Assembly (NCBI GenBank): GCA_050183815.1
Contig: JBFXAY010000005.1
Span: 26,861 to 90,860, forward strand
DNA from: Gemmatimonadales bacterium
GTDB taxonomy: Bacteria; Gemmatimonadota; Gemmatimonadetes; Gemmatimonadales; GWC2-71-9
Reading direction: 5' to 3'
DNA: 64,000 nt
Shown here in pieces: positions 27,434 through 36,691 of this stretch. Position numbers and translations under genes: made by a program. The notes beneath the pieces are model-generated. The model had not been told where the DNA came from. It saw only the letters and a list, made by a program, of their open reading frames with translations, and did not search any database. Every line of letters starts with the position of its first letter. Position 1 is the stretch's first letter.

Positions 27434-28129
27434 GTGCCATTCGACATCCTCCCGCCCCGGTCGCGTTTCTGGGATCCGGGAGCGGTCACCAGCCTCGTCA
27501 TCCACACGCTGCTCGTCCTGCCGCTCGTGATCGGTGCGCCGATCGCCGATGCCGGCGGCGACCCCGTGGAGCAGCTGGTGACGTTCCTGGTCCCGCCCAA
27601 CCGCGAGGTCGGGCGGGCGGAGAAGAGCCAGGGCGTGCAGTGGTCGAGCGTCGAGGGCACGGGCGGCGCCACGGAGGAGGAACTCCCCGTGGTGGCGGAG
27701 CCGGTCGAGGAACTCCCGCTTGGCACGGCGGGGGACACCGTGGCCGCCGAGCCGGAGGTGCCGTCCGCCCCCGCGGTGGACGAAACCGCCCTCACCGAGA
27801 TCGAGGTTGACTCGGTCGTGGCCCGGGACCCGACCAGCGCGGCGCCGGTCTACCCGCCGGAGCTGCTGGCGAAGGAGATCGAGGGCAGTACTTTCGTGAA
27901 TTACGTGGTCGACACCACCGGCCAGGTCGATCTCTCGACGATCCGGATCGTATCGACCACCCGGCCGGAGTTCGCCGAGGCGGTGAGGGTCGCCCTGGCG
28001 CAGATGAAGTTCCGCCCGGCGATCCAGGCTTCCCGAGTGGTGCGCCAATGGGTTCAACAGAACTTCGCGTTCCGGATCGTTCGTCCGGCCCAGCAGCGGC
28101 CCGACACGACGTCATCTCGATCGACCTGA
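27434..28129 (+). CDS. TonB C-terminal-domain energy-transducer protein
   Basis: TM helix AVTSLVIHTLLVLPLVIG, an acidic/Pro linker and a TonB_C pattern (PVYPPELLAKEIEGSTFVNYVVDTTGQVD...RPEFAEAVRVALAQMKFRPA). GTG at 27434 with AAGGGAG upstream is preferred over the TTG at 27290. Confidence 0.7.
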   Translation: MPFDILPPRSRFWDPGAVTSLVIHTLLVLPLVIGAPIADAGGDPVEQLVTFLVPPNREVGRAEKSQGVQWSSVEGTGGATEEELPVVAEPVEELPLGTAGDTVAAEPEVPSAPAVDETALTEIEVDSVVARDPTSAAPVYPPELLAKEIEGSTFVNYVVDTTGQVDLSTIRIVSTTRPEFAEAVRVALAQMKFRPAIQASRVVRQWVQQNFAFRIVRPAQQRPDTTSSRST

Positions 28130-28872
28130 ACGCCGACCTCGGCGAAGGGTTCGGCCGCTACCGGCTGCCCTCCGACGCCGACCTCCTGTCGCTGGTCAGT
28201 TCCGCCAACATCGCCTGCGGCTTCCACGCCGGGGATCCGATCGTGATCCGGGAGACGGTCTCCCGGGCCGTCGCGAACCGGGTGGTCCTCGGGGCCCACC
28301 CCTCGTACCCGGACCGGGTCGGGTTCGGCCGCCGCGAGCTCGCGGCGACACCGGATGAGATCGAAGCCGACGTGATCTACCAGATCGGGGCCCTGGCAGC
28401 GTTCGCCACGGGGCATGGGGCGCGGGTCCGCTACGTGAAACCCCATGGGGCGCTGTACAACCGGGCCGCCGTGGATCAGACCGCGGCGAGGGCCATCGCC
28501 CGGGCGATCCGGACCGTGGACCCCGAGTTGGTGCTGCTCGGACTCGACGGCACCGTGATGATCGACGAGGCCCGCGCCGAAGGGCTCGAGGTGGCGCGTG
28601 AGGCATTCGTGGACCGCGCGTACCGGCCGGACGGACAGCTGGTATCCCGCAGCGAGCCGGGTGCGGTGCTCGACGATGTGGCGACCGTGGTCGAACGGGC
28701 GTTCCGGATGGTCACCGAGCGCTACGTCATCGCCATCGACGGGACGCGGAGAATCGTGCGGCCCGATTCGCTCTGCGTCCACGGTGACGGGCCGCACGCG
28801 GTCGCCATGGTGCGGGCCCTTCGCGAGCGCTTCGAAGGCGCCGGCATCAACATCGCCTCGTTCACCCGGTGA
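28048..28872 (+). CDS. pxpA: 5-oxoprolinase subunit A (LamB/YcsF family)
   Basis: IDLNADLGEGFG and ACGFHAGDP motifs. The only in-frame start codon is the ATG at 28048, which gives an 82-nt overlap with the tonB-like gene. Confidence 0.85.
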   Translation: MGSTELRVPDRSSGPAAARHDVISIDLNADLGEGFGRYRLPSDADLLSLVSSANIACGFHAGDPIVIRETVSRAVANRVVLGAHPSYPDRVGFGRRELAATPDEIEADVIYQIGALAAFATGHGARVRYVKPHGALYNRAAVDQTAARAIARAIRTVDPELVLLGLDGTVMIDEARAEGLEVAREAFVDRAYRPDGQLVSRSEPGAVLDDVATVVERAFRMVTERYVIAIDGTRRIVRPDSLCVHGDGPHAVAMVRALRERFEGAGINIASFTR

Positions 28873-29522
28873 CGGCTGCCCTGCCCCGCCTGGCGCCGCT
28901 CGGCGACCAGGCCGTTACCCTGACGTATGCGACCGCCCTGAACGCCGAGGTCGCCGCGCTGGCCCGGCATCATGCGGCCGTTCTCCGCCGTGCCGAGCTG
29001 CCGGGCGTCCGCGAGGTCACCAGCGGCTATGTCACGCTCACGGTGCACTTCGATCCGTCGCTCACCGGGTTCGCGACGATCCGGGACCAGGTGGCGACGG
29101 CACTGGCCGGGGCAGCACCGCCGGCGCCCGAGACCGGCGGCCGCCTGGTGGAGATCCCGGTGCGCTACGACGGACCGGACCTGGCCGAGGTGGCCGCCCG
29201 GACGGGGCTGGCGGAGGCGGACGTGGTGGCACGCCACACCGGGCGCGAATATCGGGTGGCGCTGCTCGGATTCGTGCCGGGCTTCGCCTACCTCGGGCCG
29301 CTCGATCCGGCGCTGGTGCTGCCCCGCCGGGCCCCGCCCCGCACGCGGGTTGCCGCCGGCTCGGTGGCGATTGCCGGCGAGCAGACCGGGATCTATCCGG
29401 CGGCGACCCCGGGCGGGTGGCACCTCCTCGGCACCACCGGCCTCGCGATGTTCGACCCGACCCGGGAACCGCCCTGTCCGCTGGCGGTGGGCGACCGGGT
29501 CCGGTTCGTGGCGGAGCGTTAG
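28869..29522 (+). CDS. pxpB: 5-oxoprolinase subunit B (KipI / allophanate hydrolase subunit 1 family)
   Basis: YRVALLGFVPGFAYLG and IAGEQTGIYP motifs. 4-nt overlap with pxpA. Confidence 0.85.
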   Translation: MTAALPRLAPLGDQAVTLTYATALNAEVAALARHHAAVLRRAELPGVREVTSGYVTLTVHFDPSLTGFATIRDQVATALAGAAPPAPETGGRLVEIPVRYDGPDLAEVAARTGLAEADVVARHTGREYRVALLGFVPGFAYLGPLDPALVLPRRAPPRTRVAAGSVAIAGEQTGIYPAATPGGWHLLGTTGLAMFDPTREPPCPLAVGDRVRFVAER

Positions 29523-30458
29523 GTGCTCGCGGTCGAGCGGGTGAGCGGCCTGGCCACGGTGCAGGACCAGGGCTGGAGCGGCTGGCGATCGATCGGGCTG
29601 CCGCCCGGCGGCGCCGCCGATCCGGTGGCGCTCCGGGTCGGCAACGCGCTGGTCGGCAATCCGGAAGACCACGCGGGCATCGAGGTGACCCTCGGCGCGC
29701 TCTCGATGACCTGCCACCGGGCGGCGGTGATTGCCGTGACGGGCGCGGGCGGGCCGGTCACCGTCGACGGCGAAGCGGCCGAACCGAACGCCGCCGTCCC
29801 GGTGGCGGCCGGGGCCACGGTCCTCGTCCATCGGGCGACATCGGGCCGCTTCCGCTACGTCGCCGTGGCCGGCGGCATCGCGGTGCCGCTGCGGCTCGGG
29901 AGCCGTTCCACCTACCTGCCGACGGGCTTCGGCGGGCTCGAGGGTCGGCCCCTGGCGGTCGGCGACCATTTGCCCGTGGGGCCGGTGGTACACCGACCGG
30001 CGGCCGCGCGGGCGCCGGACCTGCTCGGGAACGATTCGGCCATCCGGGTCACCGCCGGACCGCAGTCCAGCCTCTTCCCGCCCGAAGCCGGGGTCCGGTT
30101 CGAAGCGTCGGAGTACCGCGTCGCCGCCGCGAGCGACCGGATGGGAACCAGACTCGACGGCCCCGCCTTGCCGCTTCGCCAGGCCGCCTCGCTGCCCTCG
30201 GAGCCGACCTGCCTTGGCGCCATTCAGGTCCCGGACGACGGCCGGCCGATCGTGATCCTCGGCGACGGGCCCACCGTCGGCGGGTATCCCAAACTCGGCG
30301 CCGTGATCGCGGCCGACCTCGGCCGGTTCGCCCAGCTGCCGTTAGGCAGCGCGGTCCGGTTCCACTGGGTCGCGGTGACCGAGGCCGAACGGATCGGTCG
30401 GGCGGCGCGGGACCGGGAGCGGGCGGCGCTGGCCGAGCTGGTCTGGGGGCGAGGCTGA
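29523..30458 (+). CDS. pxpC: 5-oxoprolinase subunit C (KipA / allophanate hydrolase subunit 2 family)
   Basis: TVQDQGWSGWRSIGLPPGGAAD and GAIQVPDDGRPIVILGDGPTVGGYPK motifs. Confidence 0.85.
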   Translation: MLAVERVSGLATVQDQGWSGWRSIGLPPGGAADPVALRVGNALVGNPEDHAGIEVTLGALSMTCHRAAVIAVTGAGGPVTVDGEAAEPNAAVPVAAGATVLVHRATSGRFRYVAVAGGIAVPLRLGSRSTYLPTGFGGLEGRPLAVGDHLPVGPVVHRPAAARAPDLLGNDSAIRVTAGPQSSLFPPEAGVRFEASEYRVAAASDRMGTRLDGPALPLRQAASLPSEPTCLGAIQVPDDGRPIVILGDGPTVGGYPKLGAVIAADLGRFAQLPLGSAVRFHWVAVTEAERIGRAARDRERAALAELVWGRG

Positions 30459-31356
30459 CGTCGACGGCGGCCCACCCCGAAGCCGCACCGTCGGAATAGC
30501 GGAGGTCATAGACCCGGTAGCGGTCGCCGCCCAGGGGAACGACGGCGGGAAACCGGGCCCAGTGCCGGAAGGCCCGCCCCTCGGCATCCCGGCCGAGGGC
30601 CGCCATCGCCTCGTCGAACCGGTCACCCCTGGGCACCGATTCCCTGAGTTCCACCGCGGGCGGCAGCAACCGGACCAAGCCCGTCTCGTAGTGGTCACCC
30701 GCGTCGACGATCAGCTGCTTCACGAACGGCGTGACCGGCCGGGCCGTGACCATGAAGCGCGGCGCCGGCTCCCCGGGGTACCGGCCCCGCACCAGCTGCC
30801 GTCCGAAGAGCGTTCCGACGATGGCCAGGCCGATGTACACCGTCGCCAGCCAGAGGCCGACCCGGGCCCAGCGCGCCGCGCCGGCGTCACCGCGGCGACG
30901 GGCCGACCCCGTGAGCCAGAGCCCGACACCCAAGGCCAGGTAGAGCCAGGGATCGACGATGAAGAGGCTGTCGCCGTAGAACCAGCGGTCCCGAACCGGC
31001 ATCAGCCAACGCATCCCGTAGTTGTTGAGGTAGTCCAGGAACGGATGGGTCAGGACCCCCAGGGCCGACATGCCCACGAGCGGCCACCAGCGCACCGGGG
31101 CCTCCCCGGGCCGCCGCCGCCACCGATCCCAGGCGACCATCACGACCGCGATCAGGAACGGCCACGCGACCAGCGCCGGGACGCCATGGGTCGCACCCCG
31201 GCGCCAGGCAAGGCTCATCCCGAGCGGGGCCGCCAGGATGTCGACATCCGGGGCGTTCGCGGCGAGAATCAGGGTAGCGGTGGCCCGGCGGGTCAACCGA
31301 TCGAGGCCGGCGCGGGAGAGCGTGGCGCCGACGAGGGTATGACAGATTGGATCCAT
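30049..31356 (-). CDS. membrane-bound metal-dependent hydrolase (YdjM/DUF457 family) with an Arg/Pro/Gly-rich C-terminal read-through
   Basis: MDPICHTLVGATL...NAPDVD...THGV N-terminus and several TM helices. The recognisable domain ends near 30460, but the first in-frame stop is at 30049. Confidence 0.7.
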   Translation of the reverse strand: MDPICHTLVGATLSRAGLDRLTRRATATLILAANAPDVDILAAPLGMSLAWRRGATHGVPALVAWPFLIAVVMVAWDRWRRRPGEAPVRWWPLVGMSALGVLTHPFLDYLNNYGMRWLMPVRDRWFYGDSLFIVDPWLYLALGVGLWLTGSARRRGDAGAARWARVGLWLATVYIGLAIVGTLFGRQLVRGRYPGEPAPRFMVTARPVTPFVKQLIVDAGDHYETGLVRLLPPAVELRESVPRGDRFDEAMAALGRDAEGRAFRHWARFPAVVPLGGDRYRVYDLRYSDGAASGWAAVDVSLAPRPARPAPPAPGPAPPDRSVRPRSPRPSGTGPRCLTAAGRTGRGRPRSRRRVWDTRRRWARRRGSRSAGRRPGPEWRQGRSAPRAARRPGEAARRGRRVWFPSGRSRRRRGTPTLRTGPRLRAGRGWTAVRR

Positions 31357-31438
31357 GACAGGCGGGTTCCGGACCGGGTCACTGGAAAACTGGCAGCATC
31401 GGTGGTATCAGGCGAGACGGCCGCACCAAGGAGGCACC

Positions 31439-31966
31439 ATGAAGAAAGCCCTGCTCATCGGACTGGCGCTGGCGACCGGCGCCGCCCCGCGGCTCGCGGC
31501 CCAGGAGGAGATGTACCGCGACTGGCTGGGCTTCGTCTTCCGCCGCGACCGGGGCATGACGACCGGCACCGTGGCCGGCGCCCCCGATTCGGTCTACCGC
31601 GTGCTGCGCCGCCTCGCGCAGGATCTCGGCCTCAAGGCCGACGTCGAGGACGAAGGCACCCGTCAGTTCGGTGCCAAGCGGCAGCGGGCCTATCGCCAGC
31701 TCGGGAAGACGGCCGTGTCCGCCTATCTCAACTGCGGCGACGGCCTGATGGGGCCCAACGCGAACACCTGGTACGTGTACCTGAACTTCGGGGCCCAGGT
31801 CGAGCCGGCGGGGTCCGGATCCAGTGTGACGCTGATGCTCAACGCCCAGGCCGCCGACGTCCCCAACGGCGGCAACCAGCGCCTCCCGTGCACCTCGACC
31901 GGCCGCCTCGAAATGGCACTCGTCAACCGCCTCGCCGCGACCTTCGGCGGCGCCCCGCCCGGCTGA
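31439..31966 (+). CDS. secreted hypothetical protein
   Basis: AAGGAGG Shine-Dalgarno 5 nt upstream. Signal peptide MKKALLIGLALATGAAPRLAAQE. Two Cys. No recognisable family. Confidence 0.65.
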   Translation: MKKALLIGLALATGAAPRLAAQEEMYRDWLGFVFRRDRGMTTGTVAGAPDSVYRVLRRLAQDLGLKADVEDEGTRQFGAKRQRAYRQLGKTAVSAYLNCGDGLMGPNANTWYVYLNFGAQVEPAGSGSSVTLMLNAQAADVPNGGNQRLPCTSTGRLEMALVNRLAATFGGAPPG

Positions 31967-32021
31967 GCCTCCGGCGCAACTTTTTTCGCATTTCAGACAT
32001 CGGAAGCCTAACCGTCGGTCG

Positions 32022-32037
32022 GGCCGGTTCGCCGGCC
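32022..32037 (+). terminator. GGCCGG-UUCG-CCGGCC tetraloop hairpin
   Basis: Perfect 6-bp stem with a UUCG loop, 56 nt after the stop at 31966. No U-tract. Confidence 0.3.
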
Positions 32038-32195
32038 GGACTCGCGGTTTGCGCCGATTCGTGTCGGTTTCGCGTGTCGAACCCACACGGCCGGACCGCC
32101 GGAAATCGGGGCCCCGTTGGGGGGACTCGACTTACCGGACCCCGGGAGCTGGTATGGGGGTTGCGAAGCCGTAAGTCGGGAGGTCGTGCAGCGTT

Positions 32196-32603
32196 ATGCG
32201 GTTGTTTCGAACTACGATGATGGCGGCAGTCCTGGCCGCGACGAGCTGCCTGGGGACGGACACCCAGGAGGCGGCGTTGGGGCAGGAGTTCGAGCTCATC
32301 CCCAACGAGAGCACCCGGATTTCGGGCACCCAGTTGGTGGTCGGTTTCCGGCGTGTGGCCGAGGATCTTCGCTGCCCGATCGACGCCGCCTGTGTGGCGG
32401 ACGGCGAGGCCGGGATCGAGATCGAGGTCTTCGGCACGGATCACTCGGGCCCGATCCTCGTGAACACGCCGCTGCCCAATTCGTGGCACGACGCCAGCTA
32501 TCAGGTGCGTCTGGTGGACCTCCTGCCTCATCCGACCGCCGACCATCCGATCAGCCCGGACGAGTACCGGCTGCGGCTGGTGGTGGACCGCCTCCCCCGC
32601 TGA
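32196..32603 (+). CDS. small lipoprotein, unknown function
   Basis: Lipobox LAATSC, and a CPIDAACVADG motif containing a Cys pair. Convergent 53-nt overlap with the comM/yifB-like gene. Confidence 0.65.
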   Translation: MRLFRTTMMAAVLAATSCLGTDTQEAALGQEFELIPNESTRISGTQLVVGFRRVAEDLRCPIDAACVADGEAGIEIEVFGTDHSGPILVNTPLPNSWHDASYQVRLVDLLPHPTADHPISPDEYRLRLVVDRLPR

Positions 32604-34104
32604 CCGGTTCCGCGCGGCGATACTGAAGGGCCTCGGCCACGTGGGCCGCGCGCACCCGAGTTTCCAGGTCGAGATCGGCGATTGTCCGGGCCACCCGAAG
32701 CACCCGCGTCAGCGCCCGCGCCGACCAGGCCGACCGGGCCGCCGCGGCTTCCAGCAGCCGGCGCCCGTCCCGGTCGGGCGCGCACCACCGGTCGAACGCG
32801 GCTCCGCCGAGCATGCTGTTGAGCCACGGGGCACCCGGCCGCAACCGCTGGCGGTCGCGGGCCACGACGACCCGGGCCCGAATCGCGGCGGAGGTTTCGG
32901 CCGGACCGTCGTCGGCGAGGGCGGCCAGCGACGTGGGCGGAACGGACAGGTGGAGATCGATCCGGTCGAGGAGCGGACCGGAGATACGGCTCTGGTAGGC
33001 GCGAACCCGCTCCGGCGAGCAGAGGCATGCCCGCCGCGGGTCTCCCAGGAAGCCACATGGGCACGGGTTCATTGCCGCGACGAGCATGAACCGCGCGGGA
33101 AACGTCAGCGTCATGGCCGCGCGGGACACTGTGACGACCCCATCCTCGAGCGGCTGCCGCAGCGCCTCGAGCACGTTCCGGCGGAACTCCGGAAACTCGT
33201 CGAGGAACAGCACCCCGCGGTGCGCGAGGCTCACTTCCCCCGGCCGTGGTGACGAGCCGCCGCCCGCCATGCCGGCGTCCGACACCGTGTGATGGGGCGC
33301 CCGAAAAGGCCGCTCCGTGACCAGGCCCCCGCCGGCCTCGAGCGTCCCTGCGACACTGTGAATGGCGGTGACTTCGAGCGCCTCCTCCGGCTCGAGCGCC
33401 GGGAGCAAGCCGGCGACCCGGCGGGCCAGCATGGTCTTCCCGACGCCCGGCGGTCCGACCATGAGCACGTTGTGACCGCCGGCGGCCGCGATCTCGAGCG
33501 CGCGCCGCGCCATGGCCTGCCCGCGGACTTCGGAGAAGTCCGGCTGATCCCGGCTCCGGCAGCCCGGCGGCGCCGGTGCGGCGGCGCGGATCGGGGCGCC
33601 ACCCCGCAGGTGCGCCGCCACTTCCCGAAGCGACTCCGCCCCGAGCACCTCGATGCCCTCGACGAGCGATCCCTCGGCCGCGACCGCCGCCGGGACAATG
33701 GCCCAGCGAGCGCGGGCAACCCGGGCGCAGCGCACCAACGGCAACGTGCCGCGCAGTGGCCGGAGCCCGCCGTCGAGGCCGAGTTCGCCGAAGTAGAAGC
33801 CGTCATCGGGAACCGGGGGAAGCTGGCCGCTTGCGATCAGGATGCCGACGGCGATGGCGAGATCGAACGCCGAGCCGGCCTTGGGCACGTCCGCGGGGGC
33901 AAGATTGGCGGTGATCCGGCGAAGCGGGAGCTCGAACCCTGTGTTGACGAGTGCCGCGGTGACCCGCTCCCGACCCTCACGAACGGCCCCATGGGGGAGC
34001 CCGACCGTGGTGAAGGACGGCAATCCGTTGGCCAGGTCCACTTCGACCTCGACCGGATACGCTTCGATCCCGAGTACCGCCGCCGACCGCACCCGAGCCA
34101 GCAT
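32551..34104 (-). CDS. YifB/ComM-family Mg-chelatase-like AAA+ ATPase
   Basis: Lon-like N-domain (MLARVRSAAVLGIEAYPVEVEVD), Walker A MVGPPGVGKTMLA and Walker B VLFLDEFPEF. Confidence 0.9.
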   Translation of the reverse strand: MLARVRSAAVLGIEAYPVEVEVDLANGLPSFTTVGLPHGAVREGRERVTAALVNTGFELPLRRITANLAPADVPKAGSAFDLAIAVGILIASGQLPPVPDDGFYFGELGLDGGLRPLRGTLPLVRCARVARARWAIVPAAVAAEGSLVEGIEVLGAESLREVAAHLRGGAPIRAAAPAPPGCRSRDQPDFSEVRGQAMARRALEIAAAGGHNVLMVGPPGVGKTMLARRVAGLLPALEPEEALEVTAIHSVAGTLEAGGGLVTERPFRAPHHTVSDAGMAGGGSSPRPGEVSLAHRGVLFLDEFPEFRRNVLEALRQPLEDGVVTVSRAAMTLTFPARFMLVAAMNPCPCGFLGDPRRACLCSPERVRAYQSRISGPLLDRIDLHLSVPPTSLAALADDGPAETSAAIRARVVVARDRQRLRPGAPWLNSMLGGAAFDRWCAPDRDGRRLLEAAAARSAWSARALTRVLRVARTIADLDLETRVRAAHVAEALQYRRAEPVSGGGGPPPAAAGTRPG

Positions 34105-34286
34105 CCTGTCCGTCCGGTGATGACCGCACCATGGTAGCGGGATCGCCTCGGGTCGGGGCCATCGAGTCTACGCGAACCGGACCGAATTGCGACGGGAAGG
34201 CAAGCGCGGGTGCCCGGGCGGGCCCCGGCCGGCGGGTGCAGCTTCCGGAAGAACGCCTATCTGGACCGGCTGGAACGGGCCGCCGA

Positions 34287-34688
34287 TCACGAGGTCGCTT
34301 CGACGAAGACCGCCGTGCCGTAGCAGAGCACCTCGGTGACGCCCTGCATGACCTCGGTCGCGTCGTACTTGATGGCGATCACGGCGTTGGCGCCGAACTG
34401 CTCGGCGTGCTCCAGCATCAGTTCGAATGCTTCCGACCGGGTCCGCTCGCAGAGCTCGACGAAGCGGGTGATCCGGCCGCCTCGCAGGGTCTCGAGGGAG
34501 GCCCCGATGAAACCGAGGATGGAGCGGGAGCGCACCGTGATGCCAAGAACTACGCCGTAGTTCTCGACCACCCGGTAACCGTCGAGCTGCAGGGCGGTCG
34601 TGGTCAAGTGGTGCTGGATCTTGTTCGGATTGGCGAGCGGCGTCGGCACCGGAGACTCCCGTCGTGGGGACCCGGAAGGTTGCCGCAT
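34287..34688 (-). CDS. YbjQ-family (UPF0145) protein
   Basis: TTTALQLDGYRVVENYGVVLGITVRSRS...ANAVIAIKYD pattern. The start is uncertain: ATG at 34688, or TTG at 34607, which would give the canonical length. Confidence 0.8.
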   Translation of the reverse strand: MRQPSGSPRRESPVPTPLANPNKIQHHLTTTALQLDGYRVVENYGVVLGITVRSRSILGFIGASLETLRGGRITRFVELCERTRSEAFELMLEHAEQFGANAVIAIKYDATEVMQGVTEVLCYGTAVFVEATS

Positions 34689-34763
34689 CGGGCTCGCTGT
34701 ATCAAGGCGCCCCCCCGGGATAGATTCGGCGAGCCCCTTCTCGACGGCCGACCCCAAGGTTCA

Positions 34764-35597
34764 ATGCTCACTGTCGACCATGCCCTGATCCTCGCCGCCG
34801 ATCTCGACCAGGCCGCGCTCGCCTATCGCCGCCTCGGCTTCTCCCTGACACCCCGCGGGTACCATCAGGGCCTCGGCTCGGCCAACCACACGATCATGCT
34901 GAAGGAGACCTACCTCGAGCTCCTGGGCATCCTCGACCCCGAAGCCGCCCGGGAGCGGTGGTCCCACCTGACCAGGAAGGGGCCGGGTCTCCGGGCTCTG
35001 GCCTACCGCAGCCGCGACGCCCGCGCCGACCGAGCGGCGTTGGTGAGCCGGGGCGTCGAGGCCCGGCCGGTCGTGGACTTTTCCCGCCCGGTCCCCGGTC
35101 CCGACGGCGGCGAAGCCCGGTTCAGCCTGAGCGATCTACCCGAGCGCGCGATGTCGGTGCTGCCCGGCTTCCTCTGCCAGCACCACACACCGGAACTCGT
35201 CTGGCGGCGGGGCTACCTGCTCCACCCGAACTCGGCGGTCCGGCTCGTCGGCTGCACGGTGGCGGCCACCCGGCCAGCGGCGGCCGCACTCGAATTCGAG
35301 CGAGTCCTGGGCCGTGCCCGGGTTCATCCGCATCCGGGCGGCATGGCGGTAGACCTCGGCTCGACGCGTCTCTGGCTGGTTGAACCGGGCTACGCGCGAC
35401 GCCGGCTGGGCCACGCCTTCCCGGACGGCGAACCGAATCAACCGCTCGGTCTGTCGGTCGAGGTCCTCTCTCTCGGGGCCGCCCGCGCCGCCCTCGCGGC
35501 GGGCGGCGTTCCGTTCGCGCCCTTCGGCAGCCACTCGATTATCGTCGGTCCCACCTGGACCGCAGGCATCTACCTCGAATTCCTGGCCCTCGGATGA
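34764..35597 (+). CDS. VOC/glyoxalase-like domain protein
   Basis: MLTVDHALILAADLDQAALAYRRLGFSLTPRGYH...ANHTIML pattern. Only the last 277 codons of the 34131..35597 ORF are credible. Confidence 0.75.
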   Translation: MLTVDHALILAADLDQAALAYRRLGFSLTPRGYHQGLGSANHTIMLKETYLELLGILDPEAARERWSHLTRKGPGLRALAYRSRDARADRAALVSRGVEARPVVDFSRPVPGPDGGEARFSLSDLPERAMSVLPGFLCQHHTPELVWRRGYLLHPNSAVRLVGCTVAATRPAAAALEFERVLGRARVHPHPGGMAVDLGSTRLWLVEPGYARRRLGHAFPDGEPNQPLGLSVEVLSLGAARAALAAGGVPFAPFGSHSIIVGPTWTAGIYLEFLALG

Positions 35598-36691
35598 CGA
35601 CGACCTGTCGGGCTGCGGTCATCCCGGCCCCTCACGCCCCCGTCGAACTGCGCCAGGTCCCGGTGCCGAAGCTCGAGCCCGGTGCAGCGTTGCTCGAAAC
35701 GACGTACTCGGAGGTGTGCGGCACCGACGTGCATCTCCACCACGGCCGGCTCACCGGGGTGCCGTATCCGCTCATCCCGGGACACGTCTCGATCGGCCGG
35801 ATCGTCGACCTGGCCGGCACGCCGCGGGACATCGAAGGGGAGGCGTTTCGCGCCGGGGATCTGGTCACGTTCCTCGACGTCCACGAGACCTGCAACGCCT
35901 GCTACCAGTGTCTCGTGGCCAAGCAGACGACGCGGTGTCCGCACCGCAAGGTCTACGGCATCACCTACGGCGCGGACGACGGCCCCCTTGGCGGCTGGGC
36001 CGACCGGATCTGGATGAAACCCGGAGTGAAGATGATCCGGATTCCGCCGGACCTGACACCCGAGACCTTCATCGGGGGCGGTTGCGGTCTGGCCACCGCG
36101 GTCCATGCGGTCGAACGGGCCGGGATCCAGCTGGAACAGAGCGTCGCCGTGCTGGGCGTGGGGCCCGTCGGCCAGTCGGTGATCGCGCTCGCCGCCTTGT
36201 CGGGTGCCGGGCAGGTCTTCGCGGTCGGCGGGCCGGCCGATCGGCTGGCATTCGCGCAGCGAATGGGCGCCACCGACGTCATCGGGCTCGAAATCCCGCC
36301 GGAGGAGCGCGCGGCCGCCGTCCGGGCGGCCACGCGCGGGCGGGGGGTCGACGTGGTGATCGAGGCGGCGGGACGGCCCGAGGCGGTACCGCAGGCGCTC
36401 GATCTGGTGCGGGACGGCGGCCGGGTGGTGGTGGTCGGCCAGTACACCGATCACGGGGCGGTGCCGATCCATCCGCACTTCCAGATCAACCGGAAGCACG
36501 TCGAGATCCGCGGCTGCTGGGGTTCCGATTTCTCCCACTTCCACCGGGCGGTGGCCCTGGCCGCCCGGCACCAGGACCGGGTGCCGTGGCGCGAGATGGT
36601 CTCGGCCCGCTACTCCCTGAACGACGCCGGCCTGGCACTCGAAGCCGTCGAGCGCCAGGCCGTGCTGAAGGCCCTGATCGTACCGGCCTAA
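35594..36691 (+). CDS. zinc-type medium-chain alcohol dehydrogenase/reductase
   Basis: EVCGTDVHLHHG, PLIPGHV and Rossmann VLGVGPVGQS motifs. ATGA overlap with the VOC gene. Confidence 0.85.
   Translation: MTTTCRAAVIPAPHAPVELRQVPVPKLEPGAALLETTYSEVCGTDVHLHHGRLTGVPYPLIPGHVSIGRIVDLAGTPRDIEGEAFRAGDLVTFLDVHETCNACYQCLVAKQTTRCPHRKVYGITYGADDGPLGGWADRIWMKPGVKMIRIPPDLTPETFIGGGCGLATAVHAVERAGIQLEQSVAVLGVGPVGQSVIALAALSGAGQVFAVGGPADRLAFAQRMGATDVIGLEIPPEERAAAVRAATRGRGVDVVIEAAGRPEAVPQALDLVRDGGRVVVVGQYTDHGAVPIHPHFQINRKHVEIRGCWGSDFSHFHRAVALAARHQDRVPWREMVSARYSLNDAGLALEAVERQAVLKALIVPA

Noticed and set aside
31383-31398. sigma54-like GG-N10-GC element TGGAAAACTGGCAGCA upstream of the 31439 gene
   Set aside because: It matches only about 4/6 of the -24 box and 3/5 of the -12 box. 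The same bases read equally well as a sigma70 promoter, TGGAAA-N17-TATCAG with a TG extension. I found no convincing TGGCAC-N5-TTGC site anywhere in the window by eye.
32073-32089. tRNA T-arm-like stem-loop CGTGT-CGAACCC-ACACG
   Set aside because: On either strand the loop does not fit the TTCRANN T-loop register. No matching acceptor stem, D-arm or anticodon arm could be built from the flanks.
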